A stretch of 64,000 nt of DNA from Chloroflexota bacterium (GCA_963662335.2 CAXXVD010000003.1:492675-556674), one strand, 5' to 3'. Shown: positions 27,680-38,035, counted from the first letter of the stretch. A program made the numbers and translations. Notes: generated from the letters alone by a model not told the origin.

Positions 27680-29194
27680 CTACAGCGGGTCGGCAAACGC
27701 GCGCGTATCCGTGGCCGGGCCGTCGTAGTCGTCCAGGTAGTTCATCTCGCCGGTCAGCGGCCAGTGGTAGGGCTCCGGCGGGCGCACGTGGCGGGTCCAG
27801 CGGGCCATGAGTTCCAGGTCGGGAGTTTTCCGCTCGATGCGGCGGGCGATGTAGTTGGGGTTCCAGTCAACGTGCACCTCCGCCAGTAGTTGCTCCTGGA
27901 TGTGCCGGTATTGCGGATCTGAGGCCAGGTCGGTGGTCTCGCGGGGGTCGTCCGCCAGGTTGAAGAGTTGCGCCGGTTCGCCGTGGTAGTAGTTCAGCTT
28001 CCACGGGCCGCGCCGCACCATGCGTTGGAAGCGGCCGTGGGGCGCGTACTCCGCCAGCGCCACGTCCTTCCAGGCGGCGCTCTCGCCGCGCAGCGCCGGC
28101 AGGAGCGAATCGCCCCGCCCGTGCGGCAGCGGCTCCGCGCCGAGGGCGTCCACCATGGTGGCCACCACGTCCACGGTGCTCACCGCCTGCGTGAAGCGCG
28201 CGCCCGCCGGCAGCCTGCCCGGCCACGAAAATATAGCCGGCACGCGGATTGAGCCTTCGTAGAACGTCTGCTTGAACCAGAGGCCGTGCTCGCCCACCTG
28301 GTCGCCGTGGTCGGAGGTGTAGACGACCAGCGTGTTCTCCGCCAGGCCGTTGGCCTCCAGCGCGTCGAGAATCTGGCCGATCATCGCGTCCATGCGGTCC
28401 ACCAGCGCCCAATAGGCCGTGCGCGCGCGCATAGTCTCGGCGTCGGTGGCCTTGTCCAGGCCGCACTGCTCGCGCCACCAGCCGATGTAGGGATGCGGAT
28501 CGCTGGGCGGCTGCGGGTGCGTCGGCGGCGGCACCTTGCCCCAGTAGCGGTCGTAGTCGGCTTTGCGCGCCACGTAGGGCTGGTGCGGCAGCAGATAGCC
28601 GACCGTGAGGCAGAACGGCTCGCGCAGCACGCCGGCGCGCCGTTGCCAGCCCAGGCGGTTGAGCGCGTCTACCGTCGCGGCGGTGGTGTCCTCGTCGATC
28701 ACCTCGTAGCCGCTCTGGCCGGCGCCGGTGCGCTCCAGCGCCACGGCATAGGGCCCGGCCGTGCCGCCGCCCAACATGCCCAGGTCAATCCCCGTGCCGC
28801 CGGGATAGCTGGGCGTGGCGTCGCCGCCGCTGCGCTCGGCAAAGCCGTGATGCTGGTCCGCCCCCACGAAGTGCATGCGCCCGATGAGTTTAGGCCGGTA
28901 GCCCGCAGCCCCCAGGGCATGGGCGTACGTGGGTATGCCGTGATCGAGAATGTGCCGGTTGTCCCAGGTCTCGATGTCGGTGGGGTACTGCCCGGTCATG
29001 TACGACATGCGCGCCGGCACGCAGAGCGGCGCGGTGCAGTAGAGGTTGTCCAGCACCACGCCGCCCGCGGCCAGCCGGTCCAGATGCGGCGTTTGCACCA
29101 CCGGGTCGCCGTAGCAGCCCGTCACCATGGGATTGTGTTGATCGGAGATGATGAAAAGCAAATTGGGACGTTGGGCGGACGCTTCTGCTGACAT
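27680..29194 (-). CDS. Cys-type sulfatase (arylsulfatase/choline-sulfatase-like)
   Basis: ATG at 29194 after AAGGAGAG. LLFIISDQHN and formylglycine motif LCVPARMSYMTG (C-x-P-x-R). Confidence 0.85.
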   Translation of the reverse strand: MSAEASAQRPNLLFIISDQHNPMVTGCYGDPVVQTPHLDRLAAGGVVLDNLYCTAPLCVPARMSYMTGQYPTDIETWDNRHILDHGIPTYAHALGAAGYRPKLIGRMHFVGADQHHGFAERSGGDATPSYPGGTGIDLGMLGGGTAGPYAVALERTGAGQSGYEVIDEDTTAATVDALNRLGWQRRAGVLREPFCLTVGYLLPHQPYVARKADYDRYWGKVPPPTHPQPPSDPHPYIGWWREQCGLDKATDAETMRARTAYWALVDRMDAMIGQILDALEANGLAENTLVVYTSDHGDQVGEHGLWFKQTFYEGSIRVPAIFSWPGRLPAGARFTQAVSTVDVVATMVDALGAEPLPHGRGDSLLPALRGESAAWKDVALAEYAPHGRFQRMVRRGPWKLNYYHGEPAQLFNLADDPRETTDLASDPQYRHIQEQLLAEVHVDWNPNYIARRIERKTPDLELMARWTRHVRPPEPYHWPLTGEMNYLDDYDGPATDTRAFADPL

Positions 29195-29466
29195 GCGCAC
29201 TCTCCTTGGCGAGAATTACTCTAGTGTGGCGCGGCGCTGCCAAAACACTCGGAAACATGCCGCGCGGCACGCCCGATGCAGACCGCTTGCTTGGAGTGAT
29301 AGTAGCACAGCAAGCGCGGCGGACTGGCGAGGATACTATAGTGCATCGTTCGCCCATCCGCCGCGCTCTTGCCGCATTGCCAGTCTACGCGGGCTCTCTG
29401 CAAACACGTGTGCGCGTCAAGCCATGCGCAGCGCGTGATTGCCGCACACGCACGAGGCTCTCGTTG

Positions 29467-30831
29467 CTAGCCGCCCAGACTGCTCAGGAACGTATCCATG
29501 ATGGTCTGAAGCTCCACTTCGGTATCCCGCAGCGTCTCCTCGATGGTCTTTTCGCCGCCGAGGGCGGTCGGCACTACCCGAAGCGTGGCCCCAAGCATCT
29601 GAGGCGCGCCAGGCGCGGGGATGACGAAACGGCGGTTTTCCATCATTTCCACCGCGATCTGTAAGAAAGGATCGTTCTGGTGGTACGCCTCCTGGCGGGA
29701 AACGTCCGGCCGGATCGGGAGCGTGTTGAAATTGTGCGACCAGCGCACGTTCACGTCACCGCTGCCGAAGTATTCCAAGAACTTCCAGGCGTTCTCCGGC
29801 TGCTTGCTCTGGGTAGTCAGAATCCAGGTATGGCAACCGCCGTAGGTCATGTGGCGGCCGCCGGGCGGCGTGGGCCAATGCGCCACGTGATATTGCACGT
29901 CCGGCACATCCCGCTGCATGATGCTGTGGAGCGTGCTCGGCCAGTAGAGGTTGGCCACGTGGCCGTCGTAGAAGAGCAGATGGGGACGGGTATCCTTGCG
30001 GAAGTCTTCCAGCGCCTGCCAGCCGCCCTGCATCTCGTAGATCTTCATGAGCCAGCGCAGACCCTCGATACCCTCCGGCGTGTTGATGGTGACTTTACTG
30101 CCGTCATCGCTCAGCGTCTCGCCGCCCAACTGCCACATGGGCACCATCCAGATGCTGTTGATCTGCCAGAGGGGCGCAAACGCCACCTGTTCGGTGGTAT
30201 CGCCGCTGATGCGCGTGAGCTTGGGGATCGCCTCCTCCAACTCTTCCCAGCTTGCCGGCGGGTTCTCCACGTCCAGGCCGTTTTCCAGGTAGATGGTGTC
30301 GTTCATGTAGACCGGCCGCACGTCCGGGCCGAACGGCATGCCCTGGATCTGCCCCTGCCACGTAAGGTCGCGCTGCAGCGACGGCCAGATGTCTTCGCCG
30401 CGCACGACGTCAGACGCGGCCATGAACGGACTCAGCGGCTGCCCGATCTCCAAGGCGGCGAGGGTCTGCGCCTGCCACGAGCCGGACTGGCCGATGTCCG
30501 GGCCGCTGCCGGCAGCCATGGCGGCCTGTAGTTGGGTGACGCGGTTGCCCTCGGGAATGGTCGGGTCTACCGTGAGACCGGGGTTCTGCTCCTCGAACTC
30601 CGCTACGACCTCGGCTCCCAGTCCCTCGCTGAGCGTCCAGAAGGGGACGGTGAAAATCGTGATCGTGTACGGCTCCGGCGCGGGCGCTTCCGTCGGCGCC
30701 GGCTCCGCCGCCGGCTTCTCTTCCATGGTTTCCGCCGGCATGACGGCGGTACCGCATGCCGCCAGCAGGCCGGCCGCTCCGGTCAGCACGGCGCCGCGTA
30801 GTAGTGCTCTCCGGCTGGTCTTGACCCTCAT
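29467..30831 (-). CDS. ABC transporter substrate-binding protein (family 1)
   Basis: Tat/lipobox signal SRRALLRGAVLTGAAGLLAACG. RBS AAGGAGA. Confidence 0.85.
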   Translation of the reverse strand: MRVKTSRRALLRGAVLTGAAGLLAACGTAVMPAETMEEKPAAEPAPTEAPAPEPYTITIFTVPFWTLSEGLGAEVVAEFEEQNPGLTVDPTIPEGNRVTQLQAAMAAGSGPDIGQSGSWQAQTLAALEIGQPLSPFMAASDVVRGEDIWPSLQRDLTWQGQIQGMPFGPDVRPVYMNDTIYLENGLDVENPPASWEELEEAIPKLTRISGDTTEQVAFAPLWQINSIWMVPMWQLGGETLSDDGSKVTINTPEGIEGLRWLMKIYEMQGGWQALEDFRKDTRPHLLFYDGHVANLYWPSTLHSIMQRDVPDVQYHVAHWPTPPGGRHMTYGGCHTWILTTQSKQPENAWKFLEYFGSGDVNVRWSHNFNTLPIRPDVSRQEAYHQNDPFLQIAVEMMENRRFVIPAPGAPQMLGATLRVVPTALGGEKTIEETLRDTEVELQTIMDTFLSSLGG

Positions 30832-31205
30832 CGTGGTCTCCTTTCGCCCGTTGCATGGGCACTCTGCGTGTACTCCTTCTTACCAAATGCCTTGCGTTGC
30901 GGACGAACGATTGCGGACCTCATGGCGGGCAGACGTGTTCTCAAGAAGATCCCTGCACCACGCGCCCTTGCAGCGGGCGGTGGACTTAGCCGATGAGGAA
31001 TTGCCCTCGCCCCCGAGAGAGGGGGTAGTTTGCTGCGTGTCGAGGGTGCATCCGACCGAGACGCAGGGAGTATCTGCGCAATTGCCGGGAAAATGCAAAG
31101 ATGACCGCAAGGCGGAGTGTCTACTATGCCCCTTTCTCTAAACGACACTCTTGTCAAGAGTACACCGCACTGGCGCTGCGGGCAAACAGCCTGTGCTAAG
31201 GAGTC

Positions 31206-32633
31206 TCAGTCCTCGGCTACCCGCGCGACATAGCGCCGGATTTCCAGTTCCAGAGCGTCGCCCACGTCCGGGTGCTCAGCCAGCACGTTCCGCTGGTCGT
31301 AGGGATCGTCCGGCCGGTGGTAGAGTTCCGGCTCGGTGCGCTCTTGTCCATTGAGGAAGTAGAGGTAGCGCCACTCGTGGTCTTGCAGCGACCAGCAGCC
31401 CTGGTAGTGGCCCGAATAGGCGTAGTCGCGAACGCTCGCCGTTTCGCCGCGCAGCAGCGGCAGCACGCTGGCGCCGTGCATGGCGACGTCTTTGCGTCCG
31501 ACGGCTAAGTCTTGCGGAAAAGTGCCGGCCGTGCGCGGCGCAATGTACGCCAGCGGCAGCGGCGTGGCAATGTCCAGCGCGTCCAGCACCGTCGGCATGA
31601 GGTCGGTGTGCTGCACCAGCGCCTCCACGCGCGGCGGCGGCTCCGGCATCGACGCGCGCAGTTCCGTCGGCAGCTTGAGCACCCACGGCACGCGCACCAG
31701 TTCCTCGTAGTTCCACGGACGCGCCTTGCGCACGATGCCGTGCTCGCCGAACGGTTCGCCGTGGTCGCTGGTCCACATGAGCAAGGTATCGTCGTAGATG
31801 CCAAGATCCCGGATGTGGTCAAGCAGAATGCCCACCCACTTGTCCACGAACGTCACTTCGCCCGCGTAGAGTTCGAGGGTGCGTTGGAGTTCCTGCGGCG
31901 TGATGTAGCCTTCCACGGGCCCCGGCACCGGATCGATGAGTTCTTGCCCGCTGTAGCCGGGGGTCTTGTACATGGACCAGTACGGCTCCGGCGGGTCCCA
32001 CGGCTCGTGGGGATCGAAGTAGTCCACCCAGAGGAAGAGCTTGTCGCGCACGCCTTTCTCCTTGACCGCACGATCCAGCCACTGCATGGCGGCTTGCGTC
32101 ACCTGCGGCGTGAAGAAGTCTTCTTCATCCCGGAAATGCGCGCGGTTGCGCAGGTATTGGACGTAGTACTCCTCCCACAGGGCGTCGCCTTGGTCGCCCC
32201 GCAGCCGGTGCCAGCGGCTCAGGTCCACCGGCACGTCCTCCGTCACCCACGGGTCGATGGAGTTGCCGCGCACGAATTCAACCGTGCTGAAGCCCCGCCC
32301 GCAATTGAAGACCGGCTTATGCAGGTGGTAGGTGTCGGTTATTAGCGCAGATGAGAAACCCTTGTCCCAGAGCACTTCCGCCAGCAGGTAGTCGTCCAGC
32401 TTGAACGGCTGCCAGGGACGAAACGGGAAGTGCGTGCGGCCGGTCCAGAAGACGGTGCGCGCCGGCACCGTGGGCATGCTGTCGGCATAGGCGTGCAGGA
32501 AGGCCGTGCCGTCGGCGGCGAGGCGCTCCAGGTTGGGCGTCGCCACTTTAGCGCCGTGGTAGCGGTAGCAGAGCGGGTCCAGGCCGGTGTGGTCGGCGCG
32601 GAGACTATCGGTGCAGATGACGATGATGTTCAT
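31206..32633 (-). CDS. sulfatase-family (alkaline-phosphatase superfamily) protein with Thr at the nucleophile position
   Basis: NIIVICTDSLRADH N-terminus. Motif MPTVPARTVFWTGR, i.e. T-x-P-x-R where sulfatases have C/S-x-P-x-R. TSDHGEPFGEHG downstream. Confidence 0.8.
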   Translation of the reverse strand: MNIIVICTDSLRADHTGLDPLCYRYHGAKVATPNLERLAADGTAFLHAYADSMPTVPARTVFWTGRTHFPFRPWQPFKLDDYLLAEVLWDKGFSSALITDTYHLHKPVFNCGRGFSTVEFVRGNSIDPWVTEDVPVDLSRWHRLRGDQGDALWEEYYVQYLRNRAHFRDEEDFFTPQVTQAAMQWLDRAVKEKGVRDKLFLWVDYFDPHEPWDPPEPYWSMYKTPGYSGQELIDPVPGPVEGYITPQELQRTLELYAGEVTFVDKWVGILLDHIRDLGIYDDTLLMWTSDHGEPFGEHGIVRKARPWNYEELVRVPWVLKLPTELRASMPEPPPRVEALVQHTDLMPTVLDALDIATPLPLAYIAPRTAGTFPQDLAVGRKDVAMHGASVLPLLRGETASVRDYAYSGHYQGCWSLQDHEWRYLYFLNGQERTEPELYHRPDDPYDQRNVLAEHPDVGDALELEIRRYVARVAED

Positions 32634-32927
32634 GAGAAGAGGCCACTCCTAGCTACATGACGAGCGGGGTGAGGGTTATCGAAATGAAGTGTAAATGGTG
32701 TGCGGCTTGGTTCACCCATCCCCGTGGGTCAAGCCCCGCGTCGGAAACGGGTCAGACTATGCGTACTGCTGCCATACAGGTGCAACTAACCGGAATCGGC
32801 ATTGGTCCCCGTTCAACCCGAACGAGCATTCCCTATCAACCCTTGCCGTACACGCATAGAGTAGCGGGGGGCAAGCCCCAATGCTGTCGCCTTAAACAGA
32901 AAGGCAGCAAACTCGCGTCCATAATTT

Positions 32928-33021
32928 CCGGTAGCACAGGTTTGTAACCTGTGAATTTGTTAGGTCAATCCTTGCCGTGTCAGTTTCAATAACCCCGGCG
33001 GGGGACAAGCCCCCGCGCTAC
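32928..33021 (+). repeat. composite D+C element, copy 1 (about 94 bp)
   Basis: CCGGTAGCACAGGTTTGTAACCTGTG..TCAATCCTTGCCGTGTCAGTTTCAA..CCGGCGGGGGACAAGCCCCCGCGCTAC. A further degenerate half-copy lies upstream (about 32845-32900). Confidence 0.8.
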
Positions 33022-33089
33022 TCTGATACCGGACGCAGCAAACATCCAGTGCAATCCTATCCGTTCGTTAGTCTTTCGGCAGTAGTTCG

Positions 33090-34193
33090 CTAGCGGAACT
33101 GCGGCACGTCGAGCCAGACGCCGCCTTGCATGGCCGCCTCGTGGGCGATGATGCCGGGGGCGGTGAACTCCACGGCGCGCACGGCGTCAATAGGGGCCTT
33201 GGTGTTGGTGTCGATCGCGTCAATGAAGTCCTGCACCAGGAAGAACTCGGACGTACCATGGCCGCCAAGCAGGGCCTCCGGCGGTGCGTTGGGATCCACG
33301 AGCGGGCAGTCAATCTCTTGCGCCCCGGTCTGTTTGGACATCGTATCCACGTTAAAGTAACGTCCGGTTGAATAACGTCCGGTTGCAGCGCGGTTTTCTA
33401 CGTAGCGACCGTTCTCGATAAACCCCTTGGCGCCGTAGAGCGAGGAAAAGGCCAACTGCGGATGCCGGAGCGCTACCTGGCTACGCTGTATTTTGATGAC
33501 GCTGCCCTTCTCGGTATGAAAGAGCCCAACTTCCATATCCAGGTGGCCTAAGTCCTCTTCTTCCGGGAAGATGTTCCTGCCGGCGGACGCGCCGGTGGCC
33601 TTTACGATGCGGTCGTCCATGAGCGTGAGTAACGGCCCCAGCGGGTGCGCGCAATACCAAATCGGCGGGCGCGTCAGGCGCCACTTGGGCGTGCCGGTGT
33701 CCGGGTCGCGCAGCAAGTGCGCGATCTCGTGAATGTAATCCGCCTCCGCATAGAAGAGCGTGCCGAGGTCCCCCCGCGTGATGAGTTTGCGCCACTCGCG
33801 GATGTAATGAAAATAGCAGTGATTCTCCACCATCATGTAGACGTTGCCGGTACGCTCTTGGGCGGAAATGACCGCTTCACACTCATCCAGCGTGTAGGCG
33901 ACGGTCTGTTCACAGAGCACGTGCTTGCCGCTCTCCAAGGCGGCGATGGACTGTGCTGCGTGAAACTCGATAGGCGTGGCGATCACAACGATATCCAGCG
34001 CAGCGTTGACGAATTCGTCGAATGCCGTGTAGAGCGCACTATCGGGCAGGTTGAAGTCTCCGCCCACAGTGGCGAGAAGCTCTTCCTTGAGATCACAAAG
34101 AGCCGCAACTGCGACGCGTGGATGCGCGGCCATGGCGCGCAAGAGCGCGCCGCCGCGGTGGAGACCGACAAAGCCGACTTTCAGGTTCTCCAC
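33090..34193 (-). CDS. Gfo/Idh/MocA-family oxidoreductase
   Basis: 367 aa with GTG start after GGGAAGG. N-terminal Rossmann KVGFVGLHRGG and the EQTVA pattern (family consensus EKP). Confidence 0.8.
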   Translation of the reverse strand: MENLKVGFVGLHRGGALLRAMAAHPRVAVAALCDLKEELLATVGGDFNLPDSALYTAFDEFVNAALDIVVIATPIEFHAAQSIAALESGKHVLCEQTVAYTLDECEAVISAQERTGNVYMMVENHCYFHYIREWRKLITRGDLGTLFYAEADYIHEIAHLLRDPDTGTPKWRLTRPPIWYCAHPLGPLLTLMDDRIVKATGASAGRNIFPEEEDLGHLDMEVGLFHTEKGSVIKIQRSQVALRHPQLAFSSLYGAKGFIENGRYVENRAATGRYSTGRYFNVDTMSKQTGAQEIDCPLVDPNAPPEALLGGHGTSEFFLVQDFIDAIDTNTKAPIDAVRAVEFTAPGIIAHEAAMQGGVWLDVPQFR

Positions 34194-34408
34194 TGCATTG
34201 CCTTCCCATCTCTCAAATGAGCAGGATCGCTTCGGGGACTACCTTGCGCCGCTCACAAGCGAGACCTGCGTCGGCACGCTTGCGCCGTACTTCCGTCAAG
34301 GTGGATGGGGCCGCGTAAGCGTATCCCGGGTTGGCGGGCTATCGTGCGCTTCAGCGTGTCGCTACGCGACGGGCCGGAAATCCGCGCACGCATGCGAAGC
34401 AGTCCGAC

Positions 34409-35788
34409 CTAAAGGGAATCAGCCCACTTATCCAGGATGGCCTGCACTTCCACTTCCTTCTGCGCCAGCGCCTCTTCCGGCGTCACCTTGCCCGTGGAGG
34501 CGTTCACCCACGCGGTGCGATCGGCGCTGAGGATCTCATCGTTACCGGGAATCACCGGCACCCACTTAGCTACCTTAATCTCATCCATGACGGGTATGGC
34601 ATGGGGCGCAGAGCTGCGGTACTCGTCGGATCGCGCGATGGATTCCAGCGCCGGCACGAGACCAAGCCCATCTGCCCACGTAAGCTGGCTCTCCTTGGTC
34701 ATGAGATGCTCGACGAAGCGGAACGCTTGGTCTGGGTGCCCACCGACTTGCGGCATAGCAATCGACCAGCCGCCCAGGTAGTTCGTCCGCAGCCCGCCTT
34801 CAGGTATTGGCAGACCGCCCACGCCCCAGGTCACGGACGCGCCCCAGTTTTGGTAGCGCCGCGTGGTGCTGGCGCCGTTATGCACCATCATGGAGACGCG
34901 GCCCACGGTGAAGTGATCGTTCTGCGAGGGATTCGTGTTGCCCAGCGCCGCGGTGATGCCCTCCAGTCCGCCCTGGAGATCAAGCAGGCCCAGCATGAAT
35001 TTGAATGCGCCGAGACCGGCATCGTTGTTGAAGTTCGGCTTGCGGTTGTCGGGCGTCAGGTACTCGCCGCCGAGTTGCCAGAACCAGATGTACCACTGCA
35101 GGAAGTGCGGCGGATTGCCCCACGTGGGGGTGAACCCAATGCGCTCCACCGCTTCGCCGCTGGTCTTGTAGAGCCGCGAAACTGCGGACTCCAGTTCGTC
35201 CCAGGTACCCACCGGCGCCTCGGGGTCCAGGCCGATCTCGATGAAGTGCTCTTTATTCCAATGTAACGCGCGTCCGTCGCAATGCAAGGGCACCGCGTAG
35301 ATCTTGCCTTTCCACGTCACGTCATCGCGGAGCTTGGGCCAGAAATCCTCCCAAACGAAGACGCTGGTTGCATTTACCCGCGGGGTGAGGTCGGCCAGAA
35401 AGCCCGCCGCGGAGAATTGACCGGCCAGGTAGCGGTCCAAGTAGAAGACCTCGGGCGGCGACCCGGCCGCCGCCGCGGTGATGAACTTCTCCTTGGCGCG
35501 CAAGCCAACGGGGATGGGCTGGACTTCTACGTTTATGTCCGGGTTCTGTTCGTTAAACCGCTCTACGATGGTGGAGGCCGGGTGGTCCGGGGTGGCGAAG
35601 ACGCTGGCGGCCCAAAAGCTGATGGTCACGGGTTCTGCGGGTGCGGGCGCCGCTTCCTCGGCGGCGGGCGCCTCGCCCTCTGTCGGTGGCGCGGCCGCAG
35701 GCGCCGCGCCGCACGCGGCGAGCACGATCCCTCCACTCATCACGCCGGCAGTCGCGAACAATCTCCTGCGCGAAACTAACGTCGCCAT
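34409..35788 (-). CDS. ABC transporter substrate-binding protein (family 1)
   Basis: Signal SRRRLFATAGVMSGGIVLAACG. RBS AAGGAGGAG. Long collinear identity with the 10601-11989 product (e.g. ITAAAAG.PP.VFY.DRYLAGQ.SA.GFL). Confidence 0.85.
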   Translation of the reverse strand: MATLVSRRRLFATAGVMSGGIVLAACGAAPAAAPPTEGEAPAAEEAAPAPAEPVTISFWAASVFATPDHPASTIVERFNEQNPDINVEVQPIPVGLRAKEKFITAAAAGSPPEVFYLDRYLAGQFSAAGFLADLTPRVNATSVFVWEDFWPKLRDDVTWKGKIYAVPLHCDGRALHWNKEHFIEIGLDPEAPVGTWDELESAVSRLYKTSGEAVERIGFTPTWGNPPHFLQWYIWFWQLGGEYLTPDNRKPNFNNDAGLGAFKFMLGLLDLQGGLEGITAALGNTNPSQNDHFTVGRVSMMVHNGASTTRRYQNWGASVTWGVGGLPIPEGGLRTNYLGGWSIAMPQVGGHPDQAFRFVEHLMTKESQLTWADGLGLVPALESIARSDEYRSSAPHAIPVMDEIKVAKWVPVIPGNDEILSADRTAWVNASTGKVTPEEALAQKEVEVQAILDKWADSL

Positions 35789-35824
35789 GATACTCCTCCT
35801 TGTCTAGAGGCATATAACACATAC

Positions 35825-35853
35825 TATATACCATAAAACACAAGGGAATGCAA
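35825..35853 (-). promoter_or_regulatory. sigma70-like promoter TTGCAT-17-TATATA (minus strand)
   Basis: Read directly in an AT-rich patch about 35 nt upstream of the SBP ATG at 35788. Confidence 0.4.
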
Positions 35854-36070
35854 CGGTCTGGAATGTGAGTCTAACCTATTTCTGGGGAGGGCTTAAGCCG
35901 CCGGTAGGTAGAAAAATGGGCCATCCGGCGAGCGTCAACGGAGTTGAGCGAAGCAATACAAGGCGTGCGTTCCGCCGCAACCCTTGAGCGCGATTAGGGC
36001 TGCACATCCGGTTCCGCCGCACGGCAGCCGACCGGCCCCTTACAGGAATGTACTTAGCGCTATCCGGTTG

Positions 36071-36673
36071 CTAGAAGGGCAGGCTAAAGGCAAAGAGTTC
36101 GCGCAGGATGGCCCAGATGCTGCTGTAGACGGCGCCGACCCAGAAGATGCCGTTCAGGGTGGTGCCGATGACGACGAGGGTGTAGGCGCGCACGCCTTTG
36201 ATCCGCAGCACCCAGATGAGCGGCAGGCCGGCCATGGTGGGACCGGAGAAGGTGTAGACCGCCAGGATCCCCAGGTCGCGCCGCAGGTCCGAGGCGCGGA
36301 TCAGCCGCCGGGTGCGCTCCAGATGCCGGGTCTTGGCGCGTATCCAGTCCAGGAGGTCAAGCTCGATCGAGAGCAGGTAGAGGAGCGCGCTGTTGAGGAC
36401 GATCATCACCGCGATGGTGGCGGCGGTGGCCACGACCGGGTTGAAGCGCAGGATGAGATAGTTGGAGAAGACCGTGACGATGATGTCGATGGAAGGCCAG
36501 AGCGCCACCGTGACCAGGCGGCGCAGGAGCTTCCGCGCGGCAAGCGGCCCCACGGCGCGCAACTGCACACGGTTGACGAGCGTCGTCACGCGGCTTTTCA
36601 GACTGCGGCGTGCGGGCGGCCTGTTCGGCGAGGATGCGGTCATGAGACTCCCTACCATCCCTTGCCCAGACAT
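36071..36673 (-). CDS. hypothetical integral membrane protein
   Basis: 200-aa ORF with 4-5 hydrophobic helices. The start may be the internal ATG at 36643. No family recognised. Confidence 0.5.
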   Translation of the reverse strand: MSGQGMVGSLMTASSPNRPPARRSLKSRVTTLVNRVQLRAVGPLAARKLLRRLVTVALWPSIDIIVTVFSNYLILRFNPVVATAATIAVMIVLNSALLYLLSIELDLLDWIRAKTRHLERTRRLIRASDLRRDLGILAVYTFSGPTMAGLPLIWVLRIKGVRAYTLVVIGTTLNGIFWVGAVYSSIWAILRELFAFSLPF

Positions 36674-36733
36674 GACGGCATGTGGAAGCGCGTGACACCG
36701 CGCGGCAATCGTCGTTCCGCGCTTACGGCGGCG

Positions 36734-38026
36734 TCAGCGGCCAATCACGGTGTCCATGCCCACCAGCGGCACGTTGGTGATCAGGGAAGCCTCCAGGCTC
36801 AGGGCGCGCAGGTCTTCCGCTTCCAGGTCGTGCACGTTGGCTTTGCCGCAGGCCCGCGCCAGCAGTTGGATTTCTTGCGTCAAGGTGGCGATAAAGTTTG
36901 CCAGGTGATGCGCGGCGTCTTCGAAACCGGGTAGGTCCGCGAACCCGTCGGGGGCGGCAGTGGCGCGCTCACCGGCGGCGGCCGCACCATCCGTCCCGCC
37001 GTCGCGTTGGTTCGCGCCGGTCTCCGACTGCGCCCACGGCTCCAGGGAAGCCAGGGCGGCGGTGCCGATCGAGACGGCGTCCGCGCCCAGCGCCAGGGCC
37101 TTGGCCACGTCCGCGCCGCCGCGGATGCCGCCACAGAGGATCAGGTTGACCTCGTCCTCCAGTCCCAGGTCCTGCAGCGCGCGCCGCGCCTGGCAGACCG
37201 CCGCCATGCCGGGCACGCCGGTGTGTTCGTTCAGGATTGCCGGGCCGGTGGACGCGCCGGCTTCCATCCCCTCCACGGTCACGATGTCCGCGCCGGCCTT
37301 GGCCGCAAGCTGGACGTCGTCGTAGACGTGGGCGGCGCTGATCTTCACGATGATGGGCGCTTGCCAGTCGGTGGCTTCCCGCAATTCCTCCACCTTCTTG
37401 GGCAGATCGTCTGAGCCTACCCAGTCCGGGTGCCGCGTCGGCGAATGGGAGAGTTGGGAATAGGCCGTCTCTTGCACCGCGCGGGCCGACTGCGCCGCGC
37501 CGGGGCGGTCGTGGTAGGGCATGCCGATGCTGGGGCTCACGCCGCGCACGCTCACAAGCTCGATCACGTCGGCTTGCCGCAGATGCCGGGGCGAAAAACC
37601 GCTGCGGCTGGGCAGCACTTCATAGGAAAGGAGCGTGGCGTACTGCCGTTCCGCCGCCAACATGCCGCCGTGGCCGGTGGTATAGAGGATGCCGGCGCGC
37701 GCCGCTCCGTACGCCAGCGCGGCCCGCACGGCCGGCGGCAGCAGCCGCGCGCCCATGCCGGCAATCGTTACCGGCGTGCTCAGCGCCAGCGGCCGCGCGG
37801 CAAAGCGCGTCCCCAACGTGGTCGCGGTGGTGCACTGCTCGTAGAAAGACTCCAGGGGCACGCGGGTCAACGAGCAGGGGACGAGCGTCAGGTCGTCGAA
37901 CGTGGGGAGATTGCGCGCCCGGCCCGCGCCCCCCACGCGAAAGCGACCGGTTTCCGCCTTCTCTTGGATTTCGGCGTACACCTGCGGGGTATAGGTGGCG
38001 CTTTCAGTTCGTTCCGGTGATTCCAT
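36734..38026 (-). CDS. glutamate-synthase FMN-binding-domain protein (GltB central-domain homolog, stand-alone)
   Basis: 430 aa. FDDLTLVP, KISAAHVYDDV..AKAGADIVTVEG, LILCGGIRGGADVAKALALGADAVSIGTA pattern of the PF01645-type domain. Confidence 0.75.
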   Translation of the reverse strand: MESPERTESATYTPQVYAEIQEKAETGRFRVGGAGRARNLPTFDDLTLVPCSLTRVPLESFYEQCTTATTLGTRFAARPLALSTPVTIAGMGARLLPPAVRAALAYGAARAGILYTTGHGGMLAAERQYATLLSYEVLPSRSGFSPRHLRQADVIELVSVRGVSPSIGMPYHDRPGAAQSARAVQETAYSQLSHSPTRHPDWVGSDDLPKKVEELREATDWQAPIIVKISAAHVYDDVQLAAKAGADIVTVEGMEAGASTGPAILNEHTGVPGMAAVCQARRALQDLGLEDEVNLILCGGIRGGADVAKALALGADAVSIGTAALASLEPWAQSETGANQRDGGTDGAAAAGERATAAPDGFADLPGFEDAAHHLANFIATLTQEIQLLARACGKANVHDLEAEDLRALSLEASLITNVPLVGMDTVIGR

Positions 38027-38035
38027 GATCCGGTA

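Noticed and set aside
31147-31161. 15-bp palindrome ACTCTTGTCAAGAGT as an operator between the sulfatase-like and SBP genes
   Set aside because: It is a single short palindrome with no second copy in the window and no regulator gene nearby, so I cannot support it beyond chance.
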